From sequence record NC_015251.1: 64,000 nt of DNA, one strand, 5' to 3'. Each line of letters opens with the position of its first letter. Position 1 is the first letter of the stretch. The translations under genes were made by a program, and so were the position numbers. Below, piece by piece: positions 32,513 through 43,953 of the stretch. The notes under the pieces are model-generated. The model saw only the letters and a list, made by a program, of their open reading frames with translations, was not told the DNA's origin and did not search any database.

Positions 32513-34043
32513 TTACAGACCAGCCAGTGCGCGGGATTTTACATCTTTCCAGAGTTGGAAGTTAACAAACTTACCATCTCGGAAGGACAATTTCAGTTCA
32601 CCGGTTTGGAATTGTTCGTGAGTTTGGTTTTCGTACAGTACGTACATATCACCTTCTTTCTCTACACGAAGAAGACCGCGAGCCGACTTCTTACTATCCA
32701 ATGCAGTTTTCGGGTTCTTCTGCATTGACACTTCCAGATCATCAACCACTGAGTGAGTACCCTTGATTGCGATAGAGTAACTGTCGCGAGATGCATTCTT
32801 GAGGAAGCCCCAGCTACCCACACCCATCAGGACGTTCGAGATACACCAGCCACGTTGAATCATACCGTGATAAATCTTGTCTTGCATTTCTCCATCAATC
32901 GCTTCGCCGTAGATGATACCGACTTTAGGATTGATTACACGAAGACCCTTTTCGTTTACAGTACCGCCGAAAGTATCCCAAAGAATTTGCAGAGTACCTT
33001 TACGTTGAAGCGGGTCGTCACTTTCATCGTCACCTACGATAACTTCGTAAGGGTGTTTTGGACTACTGTCCGGACGAACTACAAACTTACACAACCCTTG
33101 TGCGTCAACTTTACGAGCTTCAATTTCAGGTTTCAGGGCTGCCATATCTTCACTGATGAACCGGAAATAATCCTCAGAATCGGCAACATAACTCAGAATA
33201 CCGGTCGGGTATACGTTAACCAGAAGGTCACGAACACTCTCACGCTCTGCATGTTCTTCACCAAGAACGTTTCGGAAGTAGGCAATGCGTTGGGTTGCGG
33301 TCGCATGTTCGAATGCGTTTACAGAGCACCCAATGAGTTCTTCATCGCTATTTGCACCATAGTAATCTTCGATGTAGTCAATTGCCCAACCAGTATCAGT
33401 ACCGGCAGAGAACAACATATGACCCATACCGCTAATGGTCGCGTCTTCGATACCACGATGACCACGGGCAGCGAAACAGTGACACGCAATCTCGATCCAG
33501 AAATCGGGAGCCGCAGACATTTTAGCCCATTTGGTGGCGGTCTTGCGATATTGGCTAGAAACCATCGCAGAATTACTCATAGGCCACACCATCGCACTCA
33601 GGTAGGTTTCCAGATAGTTAACCAGCCAGAAGAATTCCTCAAGAGTGTTATTCACAACAAACAGAGGGATCCCCATATTAACCCAGTTACCCTCTTCGAT
33701 TGAGCGAACTTCAATAGGCATATAACCAAGATCGTGAAGCTTTTTCAGGGATTCTACCATTTTAGAACCGTATTCGGCACCGATAGAATTTTTAACACGG
33801 CGGGCAAAACGCTTGATTACTTTCTCTTTCGGCTTTTGGAAGAAGTTTTGATCCCATTGCTCTACCAGATTCGCCAGAGCATATTGTAGACCGAAGAAAA
33901 CCATTTTACCGTTGGAGTCAAGTACGTTTTGCGTATTTGTCGCTACGTGGGGTCATATTTGAACATACAAATTTAGTACCGGAGATATATTGCTCAACGT
34001 GGGACCATTTGTAAAAGTCAGAAGTCATATGTGGATATTTCAT
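32513..34043 (-). CDS. nadV: Nicotinamide phosphoribosyltransferase-like (NAMPT/NadV; candidate Namat), 1-nt insertion near 33925
   Basis: TSDFYKWSH, SNMTPRS, VFFGLQ, FAARG, GTD, SYVADSED, VVRPDS, IYGEAI, GVGSW and AIKGT. Confidence 0.92.
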
Positions 34044-34077
34044 TTTCTCATTTTCCTATATTATTAAAAAGTTGTAT

Positions 34078-34401
34078 TTATTCTTTGGTAGAGAACATAA
34101 TTGTGGTTTCTGGTGTCTCAACACTAAAGCTAGTTTGAGCCAATTCGGTAAGTAGAAGTGTACCAAGTTCAACTGCATCGTCAAGAACTTTTTTATTTTC
34201 GTTTGGAAATCTTGGATAGTTGATTAGTCTAGCAGTAAACCCACATTCCCTACCACCTGTGTAAATGTAATCACACTCAGTTACCTGAACACAAGCCCCC
34301 TTACGTGCCCATTTCTGAATAATATATTTTGCATACTCAACCGGTCCCGCCATATGGATAGTTGCAAAATAACTATTACATTCTTTTGTATAAATTTTCA
34401 A
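34078..34401 (-). CDS. Conserved phage hypothetical protein
   Basis: YIYTGGRECGF...LINYPRFP. Confidence 0.75.
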   Translation of the reverse strand: MKIYTKECNSYFATIHMAGPVEYAKYIIQKWARKGACVQVTECDYIYTGGRECGFTARLINYPRFPNENKKVLDDAVELGTLLLTELAQTSFSVETPETTIMFSTKE

Positions 34402-35457
34402 AATTTAATCCTCAAGTTTTGTAGTTCCGATGTACAATTTTCCATCATACATAACTTCAAAATTAACAATTACATGGGTTCCCACGTCTTTGTAAGAGTG
34501 TACCACAAAATACTCAGGAGTAAAACCATAATATTCGTTGAATATACGAGCGATAATCCTACTCATAACATTGCTAGGTTTCTGCCATTTGTTCATTATA
34601 TCACCCAACTACCCAAAGATGTTGATTATCTCGAACAAATCCGTAAATTTTTTGTTCTACTGGGGACAGGCTAAGACACCGTTCCATTTCTTCATCAGAC
34701 CACATATTTTCTACATCAAGACGTTTACCAAGAATAACAATCTTATGAATATCAATATAGGTTTTCTTTGTACGTTTGTGGTCTTTCATAATATGTGCAA
34801 ACCCATCACACATATATTTCATTTCGATATGTTCCATCAGAATTTATTCCCGTCACAATCAATACGGAGAGATTCACTTTTACCAAACTTACGTTCGCCA
34901 CAGATGAACCCTGCACGTTTCGCTCGACAACTACCCATAGTAGACAGTCGGTTTTTTAAAACAATTCGCCCGATATGCTCATCCATATGATCGTGGTTTA
35001 CCAGTTTAGAGAAAACTACGGTCAAAACTTTATCATCTTTCAGATCATATTCGATGAATTTATAATCTCCAATTGTATCCCGTCCGGTATCGATAATTTC
35101 GATTTCGTTTTCATCTGAACGGAACCAGTCGTGCCGTGCATCGAACATCCGGATCCGATGAACCTTTTTTACTTCTTCCATTGGGATATCCCCAATCACT
35201 TTAATTGTGATAGGTTGATATGCTTCGTGGCAGTTTTCTTTCTTCAAAATATAAGTGAATGATTGAATCATTTCTTTTCTCCAAAACAGAGAGTACCGAT
35301 AGCCAGATTATGAACGAGATTCTTGATCCCGTCTTCACTAACACCATTTGCCTTTTCACGCATCAACATCTCTTGAACTGATTTGTTAGCCAACAGTTCA
35401 TCAATACGAGTGTTAATAATATCAGTCATCTGTTCGATACTCATCATGTTTAGTTCC

Positions 35458-36249
35458 TCATTTTGTCCAGTCGTGCTTAGAATACACATTATCGATGTAT
35501 TGTGCAAGGTTTTCTTTTGCATTATAAGAAAAAATTCCGTGAGTAACATATAGATCTACCCGTGCGGCACCTGCTTCTTTCAGAGCCTTACCAAGATTCA
35601 GGAAGGATCGACCACCATCACAGATATCATCTACGATTAGAAGCCGCTTACCCGTTACGTTTGCACTGAAACGAGGTTCGCTAACAACCCCAGTTTGGAT
35701 ATCCCGGGTCTTCATAGCTTCAATTACTGGTAGATTACCCTCTTTTGCTTGCGGATAAATCTTCTTCAGTGCGCCAGCGTCCGGAGATACAATCGCATCG
35801 TATGCCCGATGACGAACACCATTCATCCAACAATTTTGTTCGATTGGGTATACATTATTGATTAGTGAAGTAGAAACATCAGAATGTGGATCGTCAATAA
35901 TTACCTGATCAAATTTCATGGAGTTGATAAAATCGCAGAACACTTTAATGGATAGACTTTCACCCTTGGTCATAACTCGATCCTGACGCGCATATGGGAG
36001 ATATGTCAATTTCAAAATAAATTCTACGCGATTACCAAAGAAACGCCGAAGTGCATCATTCAAAATGGCAAGCTTCATGATATCGCCATCATGAATAGAC
36101 GCTTCTATACCAACAATAACCGCATCTGATGGAGAATGAATCCGAATTTCTTCTGGGATTTTTACATTCCACTCACCACCTGCAAACTGTTTGAACTCAA
36201 CTTGAGATGATACGGGATTCTTTGGATATTGAACAAAAACATTAAACAT
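35458..36249 (-). CDS. prs: Ribose-phosphate pyrophosphokinase-like (candidate Adps)
   Basis: FAGGEWNV, YLPYARQDR, DPHS, VSPDAGA, LIVDDICDGGRSF and YVTHGIFS. Confidence 0.93.
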   Translation of the reverse strand: MFNVFVQYPKNPVSSQVEFKQFAGGEWNVKIPEEIRIHSPSDAVIVGIEASIHDGDIMKLAILNDALRRFFGNRVEFILKLTYLPYARQDRVMTKGESLSIKVFCDFINSMKFDQVIIDDPHSDVSTSLINNVYPIEQNCWMNGVRHRAYDAIVSPDAGALKKIYPQAKEGNLPVIEAMKTRDIQTGVVSEPRFSANVTGKRLLIVDDICDGGRSFLNLGKALKEAGAARVDLYVTHGIFSYNAKENLAQYIDNVYSKHDWTK

Positions 36250-36644
36250 TATAAAACCCTCATAGAAATAATATCGGTATTGAGAATGAGATATTCACCC
36301 TCACGTTTTAACATCTGAAGCAATACATTTTTGTATGGCTCATAATTACAATATTTTTTGATAACAAACTTTATATTTTCATTTGTCAGTAAAGGAATTG
36401 CATCAACTTCATATACTTGACCGCGAGAAGATTTTTGAAAATACATTCCAATTTTTGTTGACTTATCAACAGTACAGGAAAAGCTATTCAATTCGTTATC
36501 TTCAAACGGATGTTTAACTGACCACTCGATATAGTGTAGCGGGTTTATTATCAAAGTTTTCTTTTGCAAAGTCAACCAGTATTTTTACTTCCAAATCTGA
36601 AATAGGTAGTCCGTCAAGATAACGGAATAAAATAGAATGTGGTG

Positions 36645-37139
36645 TCAAATCAGTTCTCTAATCTCGGTCAAAATGTCACAAAACTCTTTTTCTGTGAGAA
36701 TTGTATGATGTGGATCTTTACACCCCATAGTATGGGCCAAAATATGCGGTTTTGAGTGTACCAGAGCCTCTAAGAAGCTTTTATTCTGTTCTGCCATAGA
36801 AAGGTATGCATTATATATAAGATTGCTGTATGCGTCACTGAGGCGATGTATTGGCCTTCCTTTATACCACATAGTAAGGTCTTTCTTCCAACCTATATGG
36901 TTGTGGCAGAACCTATAAACCTCATGTCCTCTCAACCCATTAATGTCAGGGGGATTCTCATATTTGAGGCTTTGTAAGAAAGCCTCTATCGTCCGGTAAT
37001 ATACCCCATCGAATGTAAATGTATGTTCTGTGAAATTTGATAATTCACGTTCGATCCAATTACTGCTACCAGAATATATGTCAATGACTTCCATATTTCC
37101 TTTCCAGTTCTTCAAGGTCAATATTATTTTGCCAATCAC
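36645..37139 (-). CDS. NADAR-family ADP-ribose hydrolase (T4 gp30.3-like)
   Basis: LSNF..H.F..DG...EAFLQSLK...QNKSF..AL......HTMG...TILTEKEF. Confidence 0.85.
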   Translation of the reverse strand: MIGKIILTLKNWKGNMEVIDIYSGSSNWIERELSNFTEHTFTFDGVYYRTIEAFLQSLKYENPPDINGLRGHEVYRFCHNHIGWKKDLTMWYKGRPIHRLSDAYSNLIYNAYLSMAEQNKSFLEALVHSKPHILAHTMGCKDPHHTILTEKEFCDILTEIRELI

Positions 37140-39072
37140 CCACCCTTTCTAGATCTACCTCTACATCAGCAGATATAAGGCTTTCGAAGTGTCCAGTTAT
37201 AAACCATGTACAAATTTGAATTCGACCACCTTTATGATGGATCATAATCCCATCATAAAAATCCCACAATTCCCCTTTATGCTGACTAATCGCCCACGGT
37301 TGTTTACGTGCCAGCTCAAGGACTTTATTCTGTTTGCTGGGAGTCCATCGTTCGTTATTAAACGCCATATAATATTCATTAAAGGCATGAAGCTCTAACA
37401 GGGCTTTGTATGCATCATCTTGGTTATCCCAAATGGGTGATAGTGTAGTTTCGGTTTCTTCAGACCCAAAGCTATCCCCAGTTACATAACGAACCTTGAT
37501 AGTGTAGTTCATATATTATTCCTTATGAAAGATGAATGCAACTTTTTTAAGAACACCGTCAGAAACAACAGAACCCACTTCAAAACTGGTAGATTTTGTA
37601 ATCAATTCAATTGCATGACCCATTTGACCGATATGATCCAACAGTTTCCCATTTGGCTTATTTTCTTTGCGGGTGAACACAATGACCCATCGATTTGAAA
37701 CCAGTGAACCAGAATCACCATATTCTTTAATTTCGTAATTAATATGGTCCATCATACCTTTAAGGTTAGTTGGTTCAAAGAATTCAACAACCGAGGCTCG
37801 GCGTTGAAGTTCACTCATAAATTTATTGAAGCCATATGCAAACTCGATATTCTTCCTGCATATCGATCTTGGAGTTTTGATCTTACCACCATAAACATCA
37901 ATTTCATTAAGAAATACTTTACGAACATAAGTTATTAGTTTCATTTTTGTTCTCACATCAGATTGAATTTGTTACGAAAAATGTCATGTGCTTGTTTCGC
38001 GTTTTCCAGATCTCGCCTTGCTTGATCTACCGCAGCAGATTTTTCAGATACAACATCCCACAACCGAGATTTTTCTTCTTTAACCAATTTGGCGATTTTA
38101 TCAAAATCCACATAATCAGCAACATCGAAGGTTTCCGGTTTTGGAATACAAGTTTCCGAATTCTCCAATACATCCAAACTAATTCGGATCTTTAGTTCGG
38201 CAGACTTTTTCCTACTACCGACGTAAGTATAAGGACGGTTTCGGCGGTCTTTAGGGAAATCAGTATCATATCTGATATATTCCACAACAACCCCAGAATG
38301 AACATCTTCTACTTTCCGGAACAGTTGTTCCAAATGAGTTACCATACCAACACGAAAATCTTTGTTGTTGTGTATTGTGATATATACAAATTCATTTTTT
38401 GACTCAACCGAGTAATTAATGTTTTCTTTAAGATTACCCATACTGGTATGTGGTCCTTTCATTCGCATAACACGGTTAAGGAATGCAGGATCCATAATTT
38501 TGTTTGTGATAAATACGGATTGATTTGATTTTGGGATTGGTTGACGGTATTTTTTATTACCAGCATAATCAATTTTATTAGACAAATATTGTTCAATATA
38601 TTCTACAAATTCATGTTTCATTGGTTAATCCTTTTTATAAGTTACAGGAGTACATTCTAACTTTTCCATTTCCAAAAGGAAAGGAGTCTCTTCTTTCTTT
38701 TTCTTTTCACAGAGTTCGAGTGTAGTAGCGATTTCCACTTGGAACGGTTCGCATACAACTTCATCTTTATCGTTAAACAAGCACGAAGTAAGTACAAGAG
38801 CGAATAAAGTTTCCATAACATCTCCTTGATTTGATATAAGTATTATCCCAGATTTACATACCAACGTCAACAACAAATTTTTGTTTACAGTGACGACATT
38901 TCATATCACATAGACGATGGATCCACACAACCAATTGAACTTGGTTTGTACCGCATTCGGGACAATGAATCTTCATACTACTTATGGCTTTTCTCCTATC
39001 AACCATTTCAGATATGGCTTTATTCATAACATCTTCATCGACTATCATATCAAACATAAAAAATTCTCCAAA

Positions 39073-39120
39073 TAAAAAAGCGGTATAAGGGATTTTACTC
39101 CTTATACCGCACATTGTCAA
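39073..39120 (-). promoter_or_regulatory. Terminator hairpin enclosing a promoter -10
   Basis: TTGACA-17-TAAAAT; 11-bp stem GCGGTATAAGG/CCTTATACCGC followed by TTTTTT. Confidence 0.8.
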
Positions 39121-39353
39121 CTAACTATCTTTNTGTAACTCGCTAATAAACCAAATCAGATAGATTTCTTCTCAAACGACCGTATTCACCACAATACATT
39201 CCTTTTGTTGTTTTTCGCATCCGCATATAACACTCTTTAGGCGAGCCATTTATTGTAGATGGAATTGGATAAACCAGCTCACCGGAATAATAAAGCCATG
39301 TACCGAAGTCTTTTGAAGATCCCATAGATCATAGCATAAAAGACCGAGTACGG

Positions 39354-40122
39354 TCAGGCATGATCTGACTTTGATTTCTCTTTAAGCAAAATAGAAATTA
39401 GAACCAATTCCAGAAAACATTTGGAATATTATAATCGTCCTTCGGGGATTTTGAAAGGACATTAAATTGCTTGTTTTTTGGTTCCATTCTGCACCCCTTG
39501 TAGAGGGAAAGTCCCTTCAGGGGGCTCTAACCCCACAATTTTTTGGGGTGCAACGAACAGTGCATGAATACATCACAAGGCGTTTTTTCGCCCAAAAATA
39601 CCACCGGAAAAGCCGCGGTCTTTGAGCACAAAATTCTTTAACAATTGGTTTGTGTGCCAGGGGTAAGCCCAAACCAACCCTGGTTCCGGTATTTCGATAA
39701 AGTAATCCGAAATAATCTTGAGCGGGGTCCCTCCCCCCATCTTCCTGCTTTTTTACGGACATACCAAAATAAGCCTTCATTTTGGTTGAATAGATTTTGA
39801 CCAGGTTTCTCTCAGGAACTGGAAATTTTCCAGGTGAATTAATACTTATTCATCCGGAGCATGAAGCATATCAATAGCGGGCGGTTTCACCTTTGGGAAG
39901 CCATTTGGATAAACTTCTTCCATGAAAGTATTTCGCGATCTACATCATCTCCGGTATTCGCCATACTTTAGTTCCAGTATCCTTATGGAACACCTCTTTG
40001 GTCCCCATGGATAATCTGGCGCGAAGTAGGAAGAAAAACACTTTTATAATCGGTGTCACTTTGGGGGTATCGGTCCCATATAGCTTAGACCCGAACACAC
40101 AATCAAAAATCAATTTGCTCAT
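39354..40122 (-). pseudogene. T4 NrdC.11-like nucleotidyltransferase in a low-quality sequence stretch
   Basis: FGSKLYGTDTP.SDTDYKG, DVDREILSWKKF and GETA.IDMLHAP recoverable across frames; inflated homopolymers. Confidence 0.7.
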
Positions 40123-40430
40123 TAGATAGCCCTTACTCGAAAAGATTTAACGTTCTGATAATCGTTAACAGAACCCCATACAACAGAAACGTCATACCCA
40201 AGACCCCGCAAAACCTCTACAAATTTATCGCAAATTTTATCTGGATTTTTACCGATATTAACCGCATGACCTCGTACTATTGAATCCCGAATATCAACTG
40301 ATAGAGATTCGTTCTTTACCATCATATCATATACATCAGCAACCAAATTCTCTACATGACCTTCGTCCAGATTAAACCGTGAAGACACGGCATCTTTTAC
40401 ATTCTGGGAAGAGTATTTTTCTAATTTCAT
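40122..40430 (-). CDS. Hypothetical protein, LRxLGY paralog
   Basis: DMMVK...VLRGLGYDV. Confidence 0.65.
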   Translation of the reverse strand: MKLEKYSSQNVKDAVSSRFNLDEGHVENLVADVYDMMVKNESLSVDIRDSIVRGHAVNIGKNPDKICDKFVEVLRGLGYDVSVVWGSVNDYQNVKSFRVRAI

Positions 40431-40735
40431 TTCTTAACCCTCTCATCAATACTAATATTATAATAGGTTTCATTATACTGGTTCCCAGATAAAACTGTAT
40501 ATCCCAATTCACGTAAGGTATCTACAAATAAAATAGTCACTAGTTGTGTATTCAATCCATTCTGCTTTGAGAATTTAGAAATCTCATTAGAATCCATATA
40601 AGAAAATTTTACTGATTTTTCAACCATATCATCTACTACACGTTCAATCAATGGTACTATTTGAGACTTAGTTATACTGGTATTTTCCATTATTTTTCTA
40701 GAGGTATTAAACGCACTAAAATCTGACAAATCCAT
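40427..40735 (-). CDS. Hypothetical protein, LRxLGY paralog
   Basis: DDMVEK...TLRELGYTV. Confidence 0.65.
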   Translation of the reverse strand: MDLSDFSAFNTSRKIMENTSITKSQIVPLIERVVDDMVEKSVKFSYMDSNEISKFSKQNGLNTQLVTILFVDTLRELGYTVLSGNQYNETYYNISIDERVKK

Positions 40736-41327
40736 ATTTATTTCCTTTCAACTTTAACAAAACTGGAACTGGAAGGGTCATTCCAAAAATATCCACCACT
40801 CGGTTTGATATAAGATCCCCGCTTAGAGTTCTTATTCTTGACATATTGCATATGAATTGCATTAAAGTATCTCAGATTTGTAGAAATCTTTTTCGCGGCT
40901 TTTACCATATTGTAATTAAAATAGAAACACCCAATAGAATCAAATGTTACACACATACCACCAGTTTCATCACGACAATAAGAATACTTAAGATATGGGT
41001 TCTTAACAATACCCATATGTTCAGAATCTGAAATAATCGTGCTAATAAACCCACACATTAGCTTTAAAGAGAAAAATCGAACTCGACCAAAACCATCAAT
41101 TAGGGTAAATCCCCGCGCCCCAGTATCTGTACCGTTTGCGGGACGAAATCCCAAAGCTTTAGCAGTTTCAACCAACACCGTAACATTTCTAATCATATAA
41201 TTATCCTTTCCGACATTTGACGTTTTTCATTTTGAACTCAGACATGATCACATCATAAAGACGGGCCTTTTTACCATACTTAGCAATCAGCATTTCTAAT
41301 GACATTTTCATGGTAGTTCCTTAGTTC

Positions 41328-41371
41328 GTTTCGACAAAGAGAGTATCCCACGAATAGGATACTCTCGTCAA
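41328..41371 (-). promoter_or_regulatory. Early promoter/terminator module with +1 GTCGAAAC
   Basis: TTGACG-18-GATACT-6-GTCGAAAC; perfect 10-bp stem GAGAGTATCC/GGATACTCTC. Confidence 0.8.
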
Positions 41372-41378
41372 TCAATTT

Positions 41379-42140
41379 CTAAATCTTTTTCAGACGAATC
41401 TCAAACGTGTAGTTATATGATTGATCTGTTTCCCGATCATCAACAGTAACAAATCCATGTTCTGTATCAATGAAAACCTCAAACTTATTGTTGGTTTTGT
41501 GTTGGTGCATCGCTGAATAGTAATGTGGTCCCCAACCATCCGGATTCAATACCGCATCATGAAACACCAAAGTGTGTCCATCTTCGTCCCAACCATCCCA
41601 ATTGGAAACTAGATTTTTCTCAATTCCGTTAGAATCACCCATAATCCGCCACACGAAGAAGCTTAGATCATCAAGAGTGGAGTTACACCGATGATGTGTC
41701 AATCCCTCTGGTGAATTTTCTACATCCTCAACGAAATTCCAGAAATTGGTATCCATCAGGGTAACAAACTCAGAAGACGATTCACGCGAGATATAACGAT
41801 TCATGAACATTTCTTTAAGTTGGGCATTTTCACGCTCGGCCCAAATAGGATGACGAATATCACGTTTATATTCCGGATATACCAAATGAACAACACCATA
41901 ACCATAGTTACGGTCAGCAATACCTTTTATTACATCAGGATATGCAGAAACGAGAATGAAATCATAAACTCCCTCTACAAAGTGACGATCAATAGCCGCT
42001 AGATAGTTTTCAGGAAACCCAGATTTATTGTCAAATTGCGAAATATCCAGATCTAAGAAGTGGTATTGTGGATATTGGTTATTTTGGGTAAGGTAGGTTT
42101 TCCCAATACCGGGAAAACCACAAATAATTTTAGTCATCAA
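41379..42140 (-). CDS. P-loop kinase-like protein
   Basis: IICGFPGIGKT, LDLD and FILVS. Confidence 0.75.
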   Translation of the reverse strand: MMTKIICGFPGIGKTYLTQNNQYPQYHFLDLDISQFDNKSGFPENYLAAIDRHFVEGVYDFILVSAYPDVIKGIADRNYGYGVVHLVYPEYKRDIRHPIWAERENAQLKEMFMNRYISRESSSEFVTLMDTNFWNFVEDVENSPEGLTHHRCNSTLDDLSFFVWRIMGDSNGIEKNLVSNWDGWDEDGHTLVFHDAVLNPDGWGPHYYSAMHQHKTNNKFEVFIDTEHGFVTVDDRETDQSYNYTFEIRLKKI

Positions 42141-42571
42141 ATAATCCTATTTTTATAGTCTATATAATTTTCAATGTAACTTTTTATATTAGCCAAACCG
42201 ATTGGATTCTTGGTGTGGTAATAAATGTGTTCAGGCAATTCTACATCGTCCGTTTGCACAACATCAACGAGATACTTTGCACAAGTCAATCCTGTGTACT
42301 CTCTTCCACTTTCATCAAAATCTGCTAGGTCATGATCAAAACTCATATATTTTGGAATACCATGAGATTTAATTTCATCCTTAAATTCTGCAAAGTTTCG
42401 GACAATAGTCCATNGTATATGTGGGTCGTATCGGATCCAGCTAACATCAGATGGAGTTCGTTCATCATCCAAGAAGATTCCCCGAAACTTGTTCGTAAGG
42501 TGTTGGTTCAGAACTAGCATCCCAACTAAGATGATAACCAGACCGACTAAACATAAAATATAGCCGATCAT
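42137..42571 (-). CDS. Cyclic-phosphate-processing receiver (cREC)-like domain with an N-terminal TM segment
   Basis: FLDDERTP, SFDHDL, TGLTCAKYL and HTKNPIG; contains an N at 42414. Confidence 0.75.
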   Translation of the reverse strand: MIGYILCLVGLVIILVGMLVLNQHLTNKFRGIFLDDERTPSDVSWIRYDPHIXWTIVRNFAEFKDEIKSHGIPKYMSFDHDLADFDESGREYTGLTCAKYLVDVVQTDDVELPEHIYYHTKNPIGLANIKSYIENYIDYKNRII

Positions 42572-42580
42572 ATCATTTCC

Positions 42581-42966
42581 TTAAAGGGTTCTGTTAATAC
42601 GAATAGTTTGTTTTGTAACAATCAATTCGCGTTTTCCAATAATATCCATAATTTCCATTGGGATAACACCAGCAATATCAATATATACGTGAGTTGCGTC
42701 CGGAACTTGTTCCAATGCATTCTCCAATTGACTCTTCAGACCAAGAACCCCGTTATACAGAGTTGCAGATTGTACATGTGATACACCAATTTCAAAAGTC
42801 TCGGTATCTGGTTGAATAAAGTCACTAATACGTTCATATGCTTGATGTTCGTCCATTTCATCACCAGAACAATTACCGGACTAATCGCAACTTGTTCAGC
42901 CGCTTTGGAAAACAATCGGGTAGTCTTTCCGGAACCAGATTCTCCAACAATTACTTCATAAATCAT
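42581..42966 (-). CDS. Small P-loop NTPase (frameshift-split)
   Basis: GESGSGKT (ORF 42736-43002) joins the frame of ORF 42581-42856, which carries a Walker-B-like VYID. Confidence 0.6.
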
Positions 42967-42968
42967 TA

Positions 42969-43475
42969 TTACATTTCCTTCTGTTCTGAGGACCAACCCC
43001 AAAGATTTGCAACATTAACCAGTCGATAATATCCTTCCTGATATTTGAAGGACCGTTTCATATCTTTTTCAGTAACACCTTTCAAGCGGCGTAGGTCACT
43101 ATTATGACGGAAGTCGCACATTTTTACAAGACATGCCATCCGATTATCCTCAATACCTTGAAGATATTCTTCATATACATCCGGATCTTTGTAGTCTTTA
43201 CCATGTACCTTAGTTAACCGGACGATGGATTCAACCACATCAGGAGAGAAACCCATATCAATCAAATCGTCTCGGGTTGCTCCCTGTACATCTTCCAGAT
43301 AGTCATGAAGGATCGCAACTTGTTTAAGTTTATCAGATGCCTTCGGACCCAATTTACGACATACTTCTAGACAGTGTTCGAAGTAAGGGCGACCCCCTCG
43401 ATCAAACACACCATCAAAAGCGTTTGCTGCTAGTGCGTAAGCAACTGAGGTCATTTTTGCTTGTTTTTTGCTCAT
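42969..43475 (-). CDS. HD-domain hydrolase, small alarmone hydrolase/Mesh1-like
   Basis: DRGGRPYFEH, AILHDYLED, LT, and VKMCDFRHN. Confidence 0.85.
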   Translation of the reverse strand: MSKKQAKMTSVAYALAANAFDGVFDRGGRPYFEHCLEVCRKLGPKASDKLKQVAILHDYLEDVQGATRDDLIDMGFSPDVVESIVRLTKVHGKDYKDPDVYEEYLQGIEDNRMACLVKMCDFRHNSDLRRLKGVTEKDMKRSFKYQEGYYRLVNVANLWGWSSEQKEM

Positions 43476-43953
43476 TTTAAATCTCCCATTGGATCATATG
43501 ACAATGTGTAATAACGTCCAATTGTTCTTTTATGTTCTCTGGAATTTCTTCTCCGCAAGTTTTATACTCACGGAGGGTATACCCCTGACCAGCTTTACCA
43601 TTAACACCAGTTCCCGCCTCAACAACAAGATACCCACCAGAATGATTCTTACGAACATAACGTCCGGTTATCGACTCAGGCGAATAAGCTTTGGCTTGAT
43701 AAGTAATGTTAATCATAGGGTTTCTCCATTCGTTTAGTTCAAGAGTATAATATCAGTCTGGGGTCTTTTCGTCAACAACAATTTTCATGTTATATCCGAT
43801 TCTTTCTTGAACCTGACGTTTTAGATTACCTTCAATATACGGAAAAAGATTTTCATTAAATCGTTTTTCGTCCATCCAGTTAGATACGGATGAAACCATG
43901 AACATCAAACTTACGAAGAAAAACAATCCTTTAGTTCTCATATTTNCCTTCCC

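Noticed and set aside
32753-33703. 316-aa plus-strand ORF
   Set aside because: Antisense shadow of the well-conserved NAMPT-like gene; no motifs, SD or promoter.
28826-33925. Programmed ribosomal frameshifting in frd and nadV-like
   Set aside because: The shifts are in short homopolymers with mixed directions and no stimulatory structures, and the sequence is draft quality; sequencing error is more likely.
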